DNA of 64,000 nucleotides from Auanema rhodensis (taxonomy: Eukaryota > Animalia > Nematoda): NCBI GenBank assembly GCA_964057225.1, contig CAXKVF010000076.1:1-64000 (forward strand). Direction: 5' to 3'. The position numbers were made by a program, and so were the translations under genes. The notes below the pieces were generated by a model, which did not search any database, had not been told where the DNA came from, and saw only the letters and a list, made by a program, of their open reading frames with translations. Below are positions 26,216 to 39,940 of this stretch, piece by piece (the first letter of the stretch is position 1; each line of letters opens with the position of its first letter).

Positions 26216-29200
26216 GTGAACTTTAATTTATGCTAATTAAATGTACACGTGATGTGCACTTGGTATGTAACTCGCTTCACGTGAAAGATAAAGAGATGCG
26301 GTTTTCAAAATTAGATTCCCCATGTCCATATTAGTCTAAAAACAAATTTTTATTGATATTGGTTCATGGTAACCATGACTTTGAAATTTACGTGAACTTT
26401 AATTTATGCTAATTAAATGTACACGTGATGTGCACTTGGTATGTAACTCGCTTCACGTGAAAGATAAAGAGATGCGGTTTTCAAAATTAGATTCCCCATG
26501 TCCATATTAGTCTAAAAACAAATTTTTATTGATATTGGTTCATGGTAACCATGACTTTGAAATTTACGTGAACTTTAATTTATGCTAATTAAATGTACAC
26601 GTGATGTGCACTTGGTATGTAACTCGCTTCACGTGAAAGATAAAGAGATGCGGTTTTCAAAATTAGATTCCCCATGTCCATATTAGTCTAAAAACAAATT
26701 TTTATTGATATTGGTGCGTGGTAACCATGACTTTGAAATTTACGTGAACTTTAATTTATGCTAATTAAATGTACACGTGATGTGCACTTGGTATGTAACT
26801 CGCTTCACGTGAAAGATAAAGAGATGCGGTTTTCAAAATTAGATTCCCCATGTCCATATTAGTCTAAAAACAAATTTTTATTGATATTGGTGAATGGTAA
26901 CCATGACTTTGAAATTTACGTGAACTTTAATTTATGCTAATTAAATGTACACGTGATGTGCACTTGGTATGTAACTCGCTTCACGTGAAAGATGAAGAGA
27001 TGCGGTTTTCAAAATTAGATTCCTCATGTCCATATTAGTCTAAAAACAAATTTTTATTGATATTGGTTCATGGTAACCATGACTTTGAAATTTACGTGAA
27101 CTTTAATTTATGCTAATTAAATGTACACGTGATGTGCACTTGGTATGTAACTCGCTTCACGTGAAAGATAAAGAGATGTGGTTTTCAAAATTAGATTCCC
27201 CATGTCCATATTAGTCTAAAAACAAATTTTTATTGATATTGGTGCATGGTAACCATGACTTTGAAATTTACGTGAACTTTAATTTATGCTAATTAAATGT
27301 ACACGTGATGTGCACTTGGTATGTAACTCGCTTCACGTGAAAGATAAAGAGATGTGGTTTCCAAAATTAGATTCCCCATGTCCATATTAGTCTAAAAACA
27401 AATTTTTATTGATATTGGTGCATGGTAACCATGACTTTGAAATTTACGTGAACTTTAATTTATGCTAATTAAATGTACACGTGATGTGCACTTGGTATGT
27501 AACTCGCTTCACGTGAAAGATAAAGAGATGCGGTTTTCAAAATTAGATTCCCCATGTCCATATTAGTCTAAAAACAAATTTTTATTGATATTGGTTCATG
27601 GTAACCATGACTTTGAAATTTACGTGAACTTTAATTTATGCTAATTAAATGTACACGTGATGTGCACTTGGTATGTAACTCGCTTCACGTGAAAGATAAA
27701 GAGATGCGGTTTTCAAAATTAGATTCCCCATGTCCATATTAGTCTAAAAACAAATTTTTATTGATATTAGTTCATGGTAACCATGACTTTGAAATTTACG
27801 TGAACTTTAATTTATGCTAATTAAATGTACACGTGATGTGCACTTGGTATGTAACTCGCTTCACGTGAAAGATAAAGAGATGCGGTTTTCAAAATTAGAT
27901 TCCCCATGTCCATATTAGTCTAAAAACAAATTTTTATTGATATTGGTGCATGGTAACCATGACTTTGAAATTTACGTGAACTTTAATTTATGCTAATTAA
28001 ATGTACACGTGATGTGCACTTGGTATGTAACTCGCTTCACGTGAAAGATAAAGAGATGCGGTTTTCAAAATTAGATTCCCCATGTCCATATTAGTCTAAA
28101 AACAAATTTTTATTGATATTAGTTCATGGTAACCATGACTTTGAAATTTACGTGAACTTTAATTTATGCTAATTAAATGTACACGTGATGTGCACTTGGT
28201 ATGTAACTCGCTTCACGTGAAAGATAAAGAGATGCGGTTTTCAAAATTAGATTCCCCATGTCCATATTAGTCTAAAAACAAATTTTTATTGATATTGGTT
28301 CATGGTAACCATGACTTTGAAATTTACGTGAACTTTAATTTATGCTAATTAAATGTACACGTGATGTGCACTTGGTATGTAACTCGCTTCACGTGAAAGA
28401 TAAAGAGATGTGGTTTTCAAAATTAGATTCCCCATGTCCATATTAGTCTAAAAACAAATTTTTATTGATATTGCTTCATGGTAACCATGACTTTGAAATT
28501 TACGTGAACTTTAATTTATGCTAATTAAATGTACACGTGATGTGCACTTGGTATGTAACTCGCTTCACGTGAAAGATAAAGAGATGTGGTTTTCAAAATT
28601 AGATTCCCCATGTCCATATTAGTCTAAAAACAAATTTTTATTGATATTGCTTCATGGTAACCATGACTTTGAAATTTACGTGAACTTTAATTTATGCTAA
28701 TTAATTGTACACGTGATGTGCACTTGGTATGTAACTCGCTTCACGTGAAAGATAAAGAGATGCGGTTTTCAAAATTAGATTCCCCATGTCCATATTAGTC
28801 TAAAAACAAATTTTTATTGATATTGCTTCATGGTAACCATGACTTTGAAATTTACGTGAACTTTAATTTATGCTAATTAAATGTACACGTGATGTGCACT
28901 TGGTATGTAACTCGCTTCACGTGAAAGATAAAGAGATGCGGTTTTCAAAATTAGATTCCCCATGTCCATATTAGTCTAAAAACAAATTTTTATTGATATT
29001 GGTTCATGGTAACCATGACTTTGAAATTTACGTGAACTTTAATTTATGCTAATTAAATGTACACGTGATGTGCACTTGGTATGTAACTCGCTTCACGTGA
29101 AAGATAAAGAGATGCGGTTTTCAAAATTAGATTCCCCATGTCCATATTAGTCTAAAAACAAATTTTTATTGATATTGGTTCATGGTAACCATGACTTTGA

Positions 29201-30966
29201 AATTTACGTGAACTTTAATTCATGCTAATTAAATGTACACGTGATGTGCACTTGGTATGTAACTCGCTTCACGTCAAAGATAAAGAGATGTGGTTTTCAA
29301 AATTAGATTCTCCATGTCCATATTAGTCTAAAAACAAATTTTTATTGATATTGCTTCATGGTAACCATGACTTTGAAATTTACGTGAACTTTAATTTATG
29401 CTAATTAATTGTACACGTGATGTGCACTTGGTATGTAACTCGCTTCACGTGGAAGATAAAGAGATGCGGTTTTCAAAATTAGATTCCCCATGTCCATATT
29501 AGTCTAAAAACAAATTTTTATTGATATTGGTGCATGGTAACCATGACTTTGAAATTTACGTGAACTTTAATTTATGCTAATTAAATGTACACGTGATGTG
29601 CACTTGGTATGTAACTCGCTTCACGTGAAAGATAAAGAGATGCGGTTTTCAAAATTAGATTCCCCATGTCCATATTAGTCTAAAAACAAATTTTTATTGA
29701 TATTGGTTCATGGTAACCATGACTTTGAAATTTACGTGAACTTTAATTTATGCTAATTAAATGTACACGTGATGTGCACTTGGTATGTAACTCGCTTCAC
29801 GTAAAAGATAAAGAGATGCGGTTTTCAAAATTAGATTCCCCATGTCCATATTAGTCTAAAAACAAATTTTTATTGATATTGGTGCATGGTAACCATGACT
29901 TTGAAATTTACGTGAACTTTAATTTATGCTAATTAAATATACACGTGATGTGCACTTGGTATGTAACTCGCTTCACGTGAAAGATAAAGAGATGCGGTTT
30001 TCAAAATTAGATTCCCCATGTCCATACTAGTCTAAAAACAAATTTTTATTGATATTGGTTCATGGTAACCATGACTTTGAAATTTACGTGAACTTTAATT
30101 TATGCTAATTAAATGTACACGTGATGTGCACTTGGTATGTAACTCGCTTCACGTGAAAGATAAAGAGATGCGGTTTTCAAAATTAGATTCCCCATGTCCA
30201 TATTAGTCTAAAAACAAATTTTTATTGATATTGGTTCATGGTAACCATGACTTTGAAATTTACGTGAACTTTAATTTATGCTAATTAAATGTACACGTGA
30301 TGTGCACTTGGTATGTAACTCGCTTCACGTGAAAGATAAAGAGATGCGGTTTTCAAAATTAGATTCCCCATGTCCATATTAGTCTAAAAACAAATTTTTA
30401 TTGATATTGGTGCATGGTAACCATGACTTTGAAATTTACGTGAACTTTAATTTATGCTAATTAAATGTACACGTGATGTGCACTTGGTATGTAACTCGCT
30501 TCACGTGAAAGATAAAGAGATGTGGTTTTCAAAATTAGATTCCCCATGTCCATATTAGTCTAAAAACAAATTTTATTGATATTGCTTCATGGTAACCATG
30601 ACTTTGAAATTTACGTGAACTTTAATTTATGCTAATTAAATGTACACGTGATGTGCACTTGGTATGTAACTCGCTTCACGTGAAAGATAAAGAGATGCGG
30701 TTTTCAAAATTAGATTCCCCATGTCCATATTAGTCTAAAAACAAATTTTTATTGATATTAGTTCATGGTAACCATGACTTTGAAATTTACGTGAACTTTA
30801 ATTTATGCTAATTAAATGTACACGTGATGTGCACTTGGTATGTAACTCGCTTCACGTGAAAGATAAAGAGATGCGGTTTTCAAAATTAGATTCCCCATGT
30901 CCATATTAGTCTAAAAACAAATTTTTATTGATATTGGTTCATGGTAACCATGACTTTGAAATTTAC

Positions 30967-33900
30967 GTGAACTTTAATTTATGCTAATTAAATGTACACG
31001 TGATGTGCACTTGGTATGTAACTCGCTTCACGTGAAAGATAAAGAGATGTGGTTTTCAAAATTAGATTCCCCATGTCCATATTAGTCTAAAAACAAATTT
31101 TATTGATATTGCTTCATGATAACCATGACTTTGAAATTTACGTGAACTTTAATTTATGCTAATTAATTGTACACGTGATGTGCACTTGGTATGTAACTCG
31201 CTTCACGTGAAAGATAAAGAGATGCGGTTTTCAAAATTAGATTCCCCATGTCCATATTAGTCTAAAAACAAATTTTTATTGATATTGGTTCATGGTAACC
31301 ATGACTTTGAAATTTACGTGAACTTTAATTTATGCTAATTAAATGTACACGTGATGTGCACTTGGTATGTAACTCGCTTCACGTGAAAGATAAAGAGATG
31401 CGGTTTTCAAAATTAGATTCCCCATGTCCATATTAGTCTAAAAACAAATTTTTATTGATATTAGTTCATGGTAACCATGACTTTGAAATTTACGTGAACT
31501 TTAATTTATGCTAATTAAATGTACACGTGATGTGCACTTGGTATGTAACTCGCTTCACGTGAAAGATAAAGAGATGCGGTTTTCAAAATTAGATTCCCCA
31601 TGTCCATATTAGTCTAAAAACAAATTTTTATTGATATTGGTTCATGGTAACCATGACTTTGAAATTTACGTGAACTTTAATTTATGCTAATTAAATGTAC
31701 ACGTGATGTGCACTTGGTATGTAACTCGCTTCACGTGAAAGATAAAGAGATGTGGTTTTCAAAATTAGATTCCCCATGTCCATATTAGTCTAAAAACAAA
31801 TTTTTATTGATATTGCTTCATGGTAACCATGACTTTGAAATTTACGTGAACTTTAATTTATGCTAATTAATTGTACACGTGATGTGCACTTGGTATGTAA
31901 CTCGCTTCACGTGAAAGATAAAGAGATGCGGTTTTCAAAATTAGATTCCCCATGTCCATATTAGTCTAAAAACAAATTTTTATTGATATTGGTGCATGGT
32001 AACCATGACTTTGAAATTTACGTGAACTTTAATTTATGCTAATTAAATGTACACGTGATGTGCACTTGGTATGTAACTCGCTTCACGTGAAAGATGAAGA
32101 GATGCGGTTTTCAAAATTAGATTCCCCATGTCCATATTAGTCTAAAAACAAATTTTTATTGATATTGGTTCATGGTAACCATGACTTTGAAATTTACGTG
32201 AACTTTAATTTATGCTAATTAAATGTACACGTGATGTGCACTTGGTATGTAACTCGCTTCACGTGAAAGATAAAGAGATGCGGTTTTCAAAATTAGATTC
32301 CCCATGTCCATATTAGTCTAAAAACAAATTTTTATTGATATTGGTGCATGGTAACCATGACTTTGAAATTTACGTGAACTTTAATTTATGCTAATTAAAT
32401 GTACACGTGATGTGCACTTGGTATGTAACTCGCTTCACGTGAAAGATAAAGAGATGCGGTTTTCAAAATTAGATTCCCCATGTCCATATTAGTCTAAAAA
32501 CAAATTTTTATTGATATTGGTTCATGGTAACCATGACTTTGAAATTTACGTGAACTTTAATTTATGCTAATTAAATGTACACGTGATGTGCACTTGGTAT
32601 GTAACTCGCTTCACGTGAAAGATAAAGAGATGCGGTTTTCAAAATTAGATTCCCCATGTCCATATTAGTCTAAAAACAAATTTTTATTGATATTAGTTCA
32701 TGGTAACCATGACTTTGAAATTTACGTGAACTTTAATTTATGCTAATTAAATGTACACGTGATGTGCACTTGGTATGTAACTCGCTTCACGTGAAAGATA
32801 AAGAGATGCGGTTTTCAAAATTAGATTCCCCATGTCCATATTAGTCTAAAAACAAATTTTTATTGATATTGGTGCATGGTAACCATGACTTTGAAATTTA
32901 CGTCAACTTTAATTTATGCTAATTAAATGTACACGTGATGTGCACTTGGTATGTAACTCGCTTCACGTGAAAGATGAAGAGATGCGGTTTTCAAAATTAG
33001 ATTCCCCATGTCCATATTAGTCTAAAAACAAATTTTTATTGATATTGGTGCATGGTAACCATGACTTTGAAATTTACGTGAACTTTAATTTATGCTAATT
33101 AAATGTACACGTGATGTGCACTTGGTATGTAACTCGCTTCACGTGAAAGATAAAGAGATGCGGTTTTCAAAATTAGATTCCCCATGTCCATATTAGTCTA
33201 AAAACAAATTTTTATTGATATTGGTGCATGGTAACCATGACTTTGAAATTTACGTGAACTTTAATTTATGCTAATTAAATGTACACGTGATGTGCACTTG
33301 GTATGTAACTCGCTTCACGTGAAAGATAAAGAGATGCGGTTTTCAAAATTAGATTCCCCATGTCCATATTAGTCTAAAAACAAATTTTTATTGATATTGG
33401 TTCATGGTAACCATGACTTTGAAATTTACGTGAACTTTAATTTATGCTAATTAAATGTATACGTGATGTGCACTTGGTATGTAACTCGCTTCACGTGAAA
33501 GATAAAGAGATGCGGTTTTCAAAATTAGATTCCCCATGTCCATATTAGTCTAAAAACAAATTTTTATTGATATTGGTTCATGGTAACCATGACTTTGAAA
33601 TTTACGTGAACTTTAATTTATGCTAATTAAATGTACACGTGATGTGCACTTGGTATGTAACTCGCTTCACGTGAAAGATAAAGAGATGCGGTTTTCAAAA
33701 TTAGATTCCCCATGTCCATATTAGTCTAAAAACAAATTTTTATTGATATTGCTTCATGGTAACCATGACTTTGAAATTTACGTGAACTTTAATTTATGCT
33801 AATTAAATGTACACGTGATGTGCACTTGGTATGTAACTCGCTTCACGTGAAAGATAAAGAGATGCGGTTTTCAAAATTAGATTCCTCATGTCTATATTAG

Positions 33901-36900
33901 TCTAAAAACAAATTTTTATTGATATTAGTTCATGGTAACCATGACTTTGAAATTTACGTGAACTTTAATTTATGCTAATTAAATGTACACGTGATGTGCA
34001 CTTGGTATGTAACTCGCTTCACGTGAAAGATAAAGAGATGCGGTTTTCAAAATTAGATTCCCCATGTCCATATTAGTCTAAAAACAAATTTTTATTGATA
34101 TTGGTTCATGGTAACCATGACTTTGAAATTTACGTGAACTTTAATTTATGCTAATTAAATGTACACGTGATGTGCACTTGGTATGTAACTCGCTTCACGT
34201 GAAAGATAAAGAGATGCGGTTTTCAAAATTAGATTCCCCATGTCCATATTAGTCTCAAAACAAATTTTTATTGATATTGCTTCATGGTAACCATGACTTT
34301 GAAATTTACGTGAACTTTAATTTATGCTAATTAAATGTACACGTGATGTGCACTTGGTATGTAACTCGCTTCACGTGAAAGATAAAGAGATGCGGTTTTC
34401 AAAATTAGATTCCCCATGTCCATATTAGTCTAAAAACAAATTTTTATTGATATTGGTGCATGGTAACCATGACTTTGAAATTTACGTGAACTTTAATTTA
34501 TGCTAATTAAATGTACACGTGATGTGCACTTGGTATGTAACTCGCTTCACGTGAAAGATAAAGAGATGTGGTTTTCAAAATTAGATTCCCCATGTCCATA
34601 TTAGTCTAAAAACAAATTTTATTGATATTGCTTCATGATAACCATGACTTTGAAATTTACGTGAACTTTAATTTATGCTAATTAATTGTACACGTGATGT
34701 GCACTTGGTATGTAACTCGCTTCACGTGAAAGATAAAGAGATGCGGTTTTCAAAATTAGATTCCCCATGTCCATATTAGTCTAAAAACAAATTTTTATTG
34801 ATATTGGTTCATGGTAACCATGACTTTGAAATTTACGTGAACTTTAATTTATGCTAATTAAATGTACACGTGATGTGCACTTGGTATGTAACTCGCTTCA
34901 CGTGAAAGATAAAGAGATGCGGTTTTCAAAATTAGATTCCCCATGTCCATATTAGTCTAAAAACAAATTTTTATTGATATTAGTTCATGGTAACCATGAC
35001 TTTGAAATTTACGTGAACTTTAATTTATGCTAATTAAATGTACACGTGATGTGCACTTGGTATGTAACTCGCTTCACGTGAAAGATAAAGAGATGCGGTT
35101 TTCAAAATTAGATTCCCCATGTCCATATTAGTCTAAAAACAAATTTTTATTGATATTGGTTCATGGTAACCATGACTTTGAAATTTACGTGAACTTTAAT
35201 TTATGCTAATTAAATGTACACGTGATGTGCACTTGGTATGTAACTCGCTTCACGTGAAAGATAAAGAGATGTGGTTTTCAAAATTAGATTCCCCATGTCC
35301 ATATTAGTCTAAAAACAAATTTTTATTGATATTGCTTCATGGTAACCATGACTTTGAAATTTACGTGAACTTTAATTTATGCTAATTAATTGTACACGTG
35401 ATGTGCACTTGGTATGTAACTCGCTTCACGTGAAAGATAAAGAGATGCGGTTTTCAAAATTAGATTCCCCATGTCCATATTAGTCTAAAAACAAATTTTT
35501 ATTGATATTGGTGCATGGTAACCATGACTTTGAAATTTACGTGAACTTTAATTTATGCTAATTAAATGTACACGTGATGTGCACTTGGTATGTAACTCGC
35601 TTCACGTGAAAGATGAAGAGATGCGGTTTTCAAAATTAGATTCCCCATGTCCATATTAGTCTAAAAACAAATTTTTATTGATATTGGTTCATGGTAACCA
35701 TGACTTTGAAATTTACGTGAACTTTAATTTATGCTAATTAAATGTACACGTGATGTGCACTTGGTATGTAACTCGCTTCACGTGAAAGATAAAGAGATGC
35801 GGTTTTCAAAATTAGATTCCCCATGTCCATATTAGTCTAAAAACAAATTTTTATTGATATTGGTGCATGGTAACCATGACTTTGAAATTTACGTGAACTT
35901 TAATTTATGCTAATTAAATGTACACGTGATGTGCACTTGGTATGTAACTCGCTTCACGTGAAAGATAAAGAGATGCGGTTTTCAAAATTAGATTCCCCAT
36001 GTCCATATTAGTCTAAAAACAAATTTTTATTGATATTGGTTCATTGTAACCATGACTTTGAAATTTACGTGAACTTTAATTTATGCTAATTAAATGTACA
36101 CGTGATGTGCACTTGGTATGTAACTCGCTTCACGTGAAAGATAAAGAGATGCGGTTTTCAAAATTAGATTCCCCATGTCCATATTAGTCTAAAAACAAAT
36201 TTTTATTGATATTAGTTCATGGTAACCATGACTTTGAAATTTACGTGAACTTTAATTTATGCTAATTAAATGTACACGTGATGTGCACTTGGTATGTAAC
36301 TCGCTTCACGTGAAAGATAAAGAGATGCGGTTTTCAAAATTAGATTCCCCATGTCCATATTAGTCTAAAAACAAATTTTTATTGATATTGGTGCATGGTA
36401 ACCATGACTTTGAAATTTACGTCAACTTTAATTTATGCTAATTAAATGTACACGTGATGTGCACTTGGTATGTAACTCGCTTCACGTGAAAGATGAAGAG
36501 ATGCGGTTTTCAAAATTAGATTCCCCATGTCCATATTAGTCTAAAAACAAATTTTTATTGATATTGGTGCATGGTAACCATGACTTTGAAATTTACGTGA
36601 ACTTTAATTTATGCTAATTAAATGTACACGTGATGTGCACTTGGTATGTAACTCGCTTCACGTGAAAGATAAAGAGATGCGGTTTTCAAAATTAGATTCC
36701 CCATGTCCATATTAGTCTAAAAACAAATTTTTATTGATATTGGTGCATGGTAACCATGACTTTGAAATTTACGTGAACTTTAATTTATGCTAATTAAATG
36801 TACACGTGATGTGCACTTGGTATGTAACTCGCTTCACGTGAAAGATAAAGAGATGCGGTTTTCAAAATTAGATTCCCCATGTCCATATTAGTCTAAAAAC

Positions 36901-37828
36901 AAATTTTTATTGATATTGGTTCATGGTAACCATGACTTTGAAATTTACGTGAACTTTAATTTATGCTAATTAAATGTATACGTGATGTGCACTTGGTATG
37001 TAACTCGCTTCACGTGAAAGATAAAGAGATGCGGTTTTCAAAATTAGATTCCCCATGTCCATATTAGTCTAAAAACAAATTTTTATTGATATTGGTTCAT
37101 GGTAACCATGACTTTGAAATTTACGTGAACTTTAATTTATGCTAATTAAATGTACACGTGATGTGCACTTGGTATGTAACTCGCTTCACGTGAAAGATAA
37201 AGAGATGCGGTTTTCAAAATTAGATTCCCCATGTCCATATTAGTCTAAAAACAAATTTTTATTGATATTGCTTCATGGTAACCATGACTTTGAAATTTAC
37301 GTGAACTTTAATTTATGCTAATTAAATGTACACGTGATGTGCACTTGGTATGTAACTCGCTTCACGTGAAAGATAAAGAGATGCGGTTTTCAAAATTAGA
37401 TTCCTCATGTCTATATTAGTCTAAAAACAAATTTTTATTGATATTAGTTCATGGTAACCATGACTTTGAAATTTACGTGAACTTTAATTTATGCTAATTA
37501 AATGTACACGTGATGTGCACTTGGTATGTAACTCGCTTCACGTGAAAGATAAAGAGATGCGGTTTTCAAAATTAGATTCCCCATGTCCATATTAGTCTAA
37601 AAACAAATTTTTATTGATATTGGTTCATGGTAACCATGACTTTGAAATTTACGTGAACTTTAATTTATGCTAATTAAATGTACACGTGATGTGCACTTGG
37701 TATGTAACTCGCTTCACGTGAAAGATAAAGAGATGCGGTTTTCAAAATTAGATTCCCCATGTCCATATTAGTCTAAAAACAAATTTTTATTGATATTGCT
37801 TCATGGTAACCATGACTTTGAAATTTAC
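30967..37828. repeat. Tandem duplication with a 20-monomer period (3519 bp, including a 1-bp deletion)
   Basis: GCTTCATGAT 31111/34630, CGTCAAC 32901/36420 and TTCCTCATGTCTAT 33882/37401 are all 3519 apart. Confidence 0.92.
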
Positions 37829-39940
37829 GTGAACTTTAATTTATGCTAATTAAATGTACACGTGATGTGCACTTGGTATGTAACTCGCTTCACGTGAAAG
37901 ATAAAGAGATGCAGTTTTCAAAATTAGATTCCCCATGTCCATATTAGTCTAAAAACAAATTTTTATTGATATTGGTTCATGGTAACCATGACTTTGAAAT
38001 TTACGTGAACTTTAATTTATGCTAATTAAATGTACACGTGATGTGCACTTGGTATGTAACTCGCTTCACGTGAAAGATAAAGAGATGCGGTTTTCAAAAT
38101 TAGATTCCCCATGTCCATATTAGTCTAAAAACAAATTTTTATTGATATTGCTTCATGGTAACCATGACTTTGAAATTTACGTGAACTTTAATTTATGCTA
38201 ATTAAATGTACACGTGATGTGCACTTGGTATGTAACTCGCTTCACGTGAAAGATAAAGAGATGCGGTTTTTAAAATTAGATTCCTCATGTCCATATTAGT
38301 CTAAAAACAAATTTTTATTGATATTGGTGCATGGTAACCATGACTTTGAAATTTACGTGAACTTTAATTTATGCTAATTAAATGTACACGTAATGTGCAC
38401 TTGGTATGTAACTCGCTTCACGTGAAAGATAAAGAGATGCGGTTTTCAAAATTAGATTCCCCATGTCCATATTAGTCTAAAAACAAATTTTTATTGATAT
38501 TGGTGAATGGTAACCATGACTTTGAAATTTACGTGAACTTTAATTTATGCTAATTAAATGTACACGTGATGTGCACTTGGTATGTAACTCGCTTCACGTG
38601 AAAGATAAAGAGATGCGGTTTTCAAAATTAGATTCCCCATGTCCATATTAGTCTAAAAACAAATTTTTATTGATATTGCTTCATGGTAACCATGACTTTG
38701 AAATTTACGTGAACTTTAATTTATGCTAATTAAATGTACACGTGATGTGCACTTGGTATGTAACTCGCTTCACGTGAAAGATAAAGAGATGCGGTTTTCA
38801 AAATTAGATTCCTCATGTCTATATTAGTCTAAAAACAAATTTTTATTGATATTAGTTCATGGTAACCATGACTTTGAAATTTACGTGAACTTTAATTTAT
38901 GCTAATTAAATGTACACGTGATGTGCACTTGGTATGTAACTCGCTTCACGTGAAAGATAAAGAGATGCGGTTTTCAAAATTAGATTCCCCATGTCCATAT
39001 TAGTCTAAAAACAAATTTTTATTGATATTGGTTCATGGTAACCATGACTTTGAAATTTACGTGAACTTTAATTTATGCTAATTAAATGTACACGTGATGT
39101 GCACTTGGTATGTAACTCGCTTCACGTGAAAGATAAAGAGATGCGGTTTTCAAAATTAGATTCCCCATGTCCATATTAGTCTAAAAACAAATTTTTATTG
39201 ATATTGCTTCATGGTAACCATGACTTTGAAATTTACGTGAACTTTAATTTATGCTAATTAAATGTACACGTGATGTGCACTTGGTATGTAACTCGCTTCA
39301 CGTGAAAGATAAAGAGATGCAGTTTTCAAAATTAGATTCCCCATGTCCATATTAGTCTAAAAACAAATTTTTATTGATATTGGTTCATGGTAACCATGAC
39401 TTTGAAATTTACGTGAACTTTAATTTATGCTAATTAAATGTACACGTGATGTGCACTTGGTATGTAACTCGCTTCACGTGAAAGATAAAGAGATGCGGTT
39501 TTCAAAATTAGATTCCCCATGTCCATATTAGTCTAAAAACAAATTTTTATTGATATTGCTTCATGGTAACCATGACTTTGAAATTTACGTGAACTTTAAT
39601 TTATGCTAATTAAATGTACACGTGATGTGCACTTGGTATGTAACTCGCTTCACGTGAAAGATAAAGAGATGCGGTTTTTAAAATTAGATTCCTCATGTCC
39701 ATATTAGTCTAAAAACAAATTTTTATTGATATTGGTGCATGGTAACCATGACTTTGAAATTTACGTGAACTTTAATTTATGCTAATTAAATGTACACGTG
39801 ATGTGCACTTGGTATGTAACTCGCTTCACGTGAAAGATAAAGAGATGCGGTTTTCAAAATTAGATTCCCCATGTCCATATTAGTCTAAAAACAAATTTTT
39901 ATTGATATTGGTGAATGGTAACCATGACTTTGAAATTTAC
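37125..39940. repeat. Tandem duplication of an 8-monomer block (2 x 1408 bp)
   Basis: TTCCTCATGTCT 37401/38809 and GCAGTT 37911/39319, plus the TTTTTAAAA variant, recur at +1408. Confidence 0.9.
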
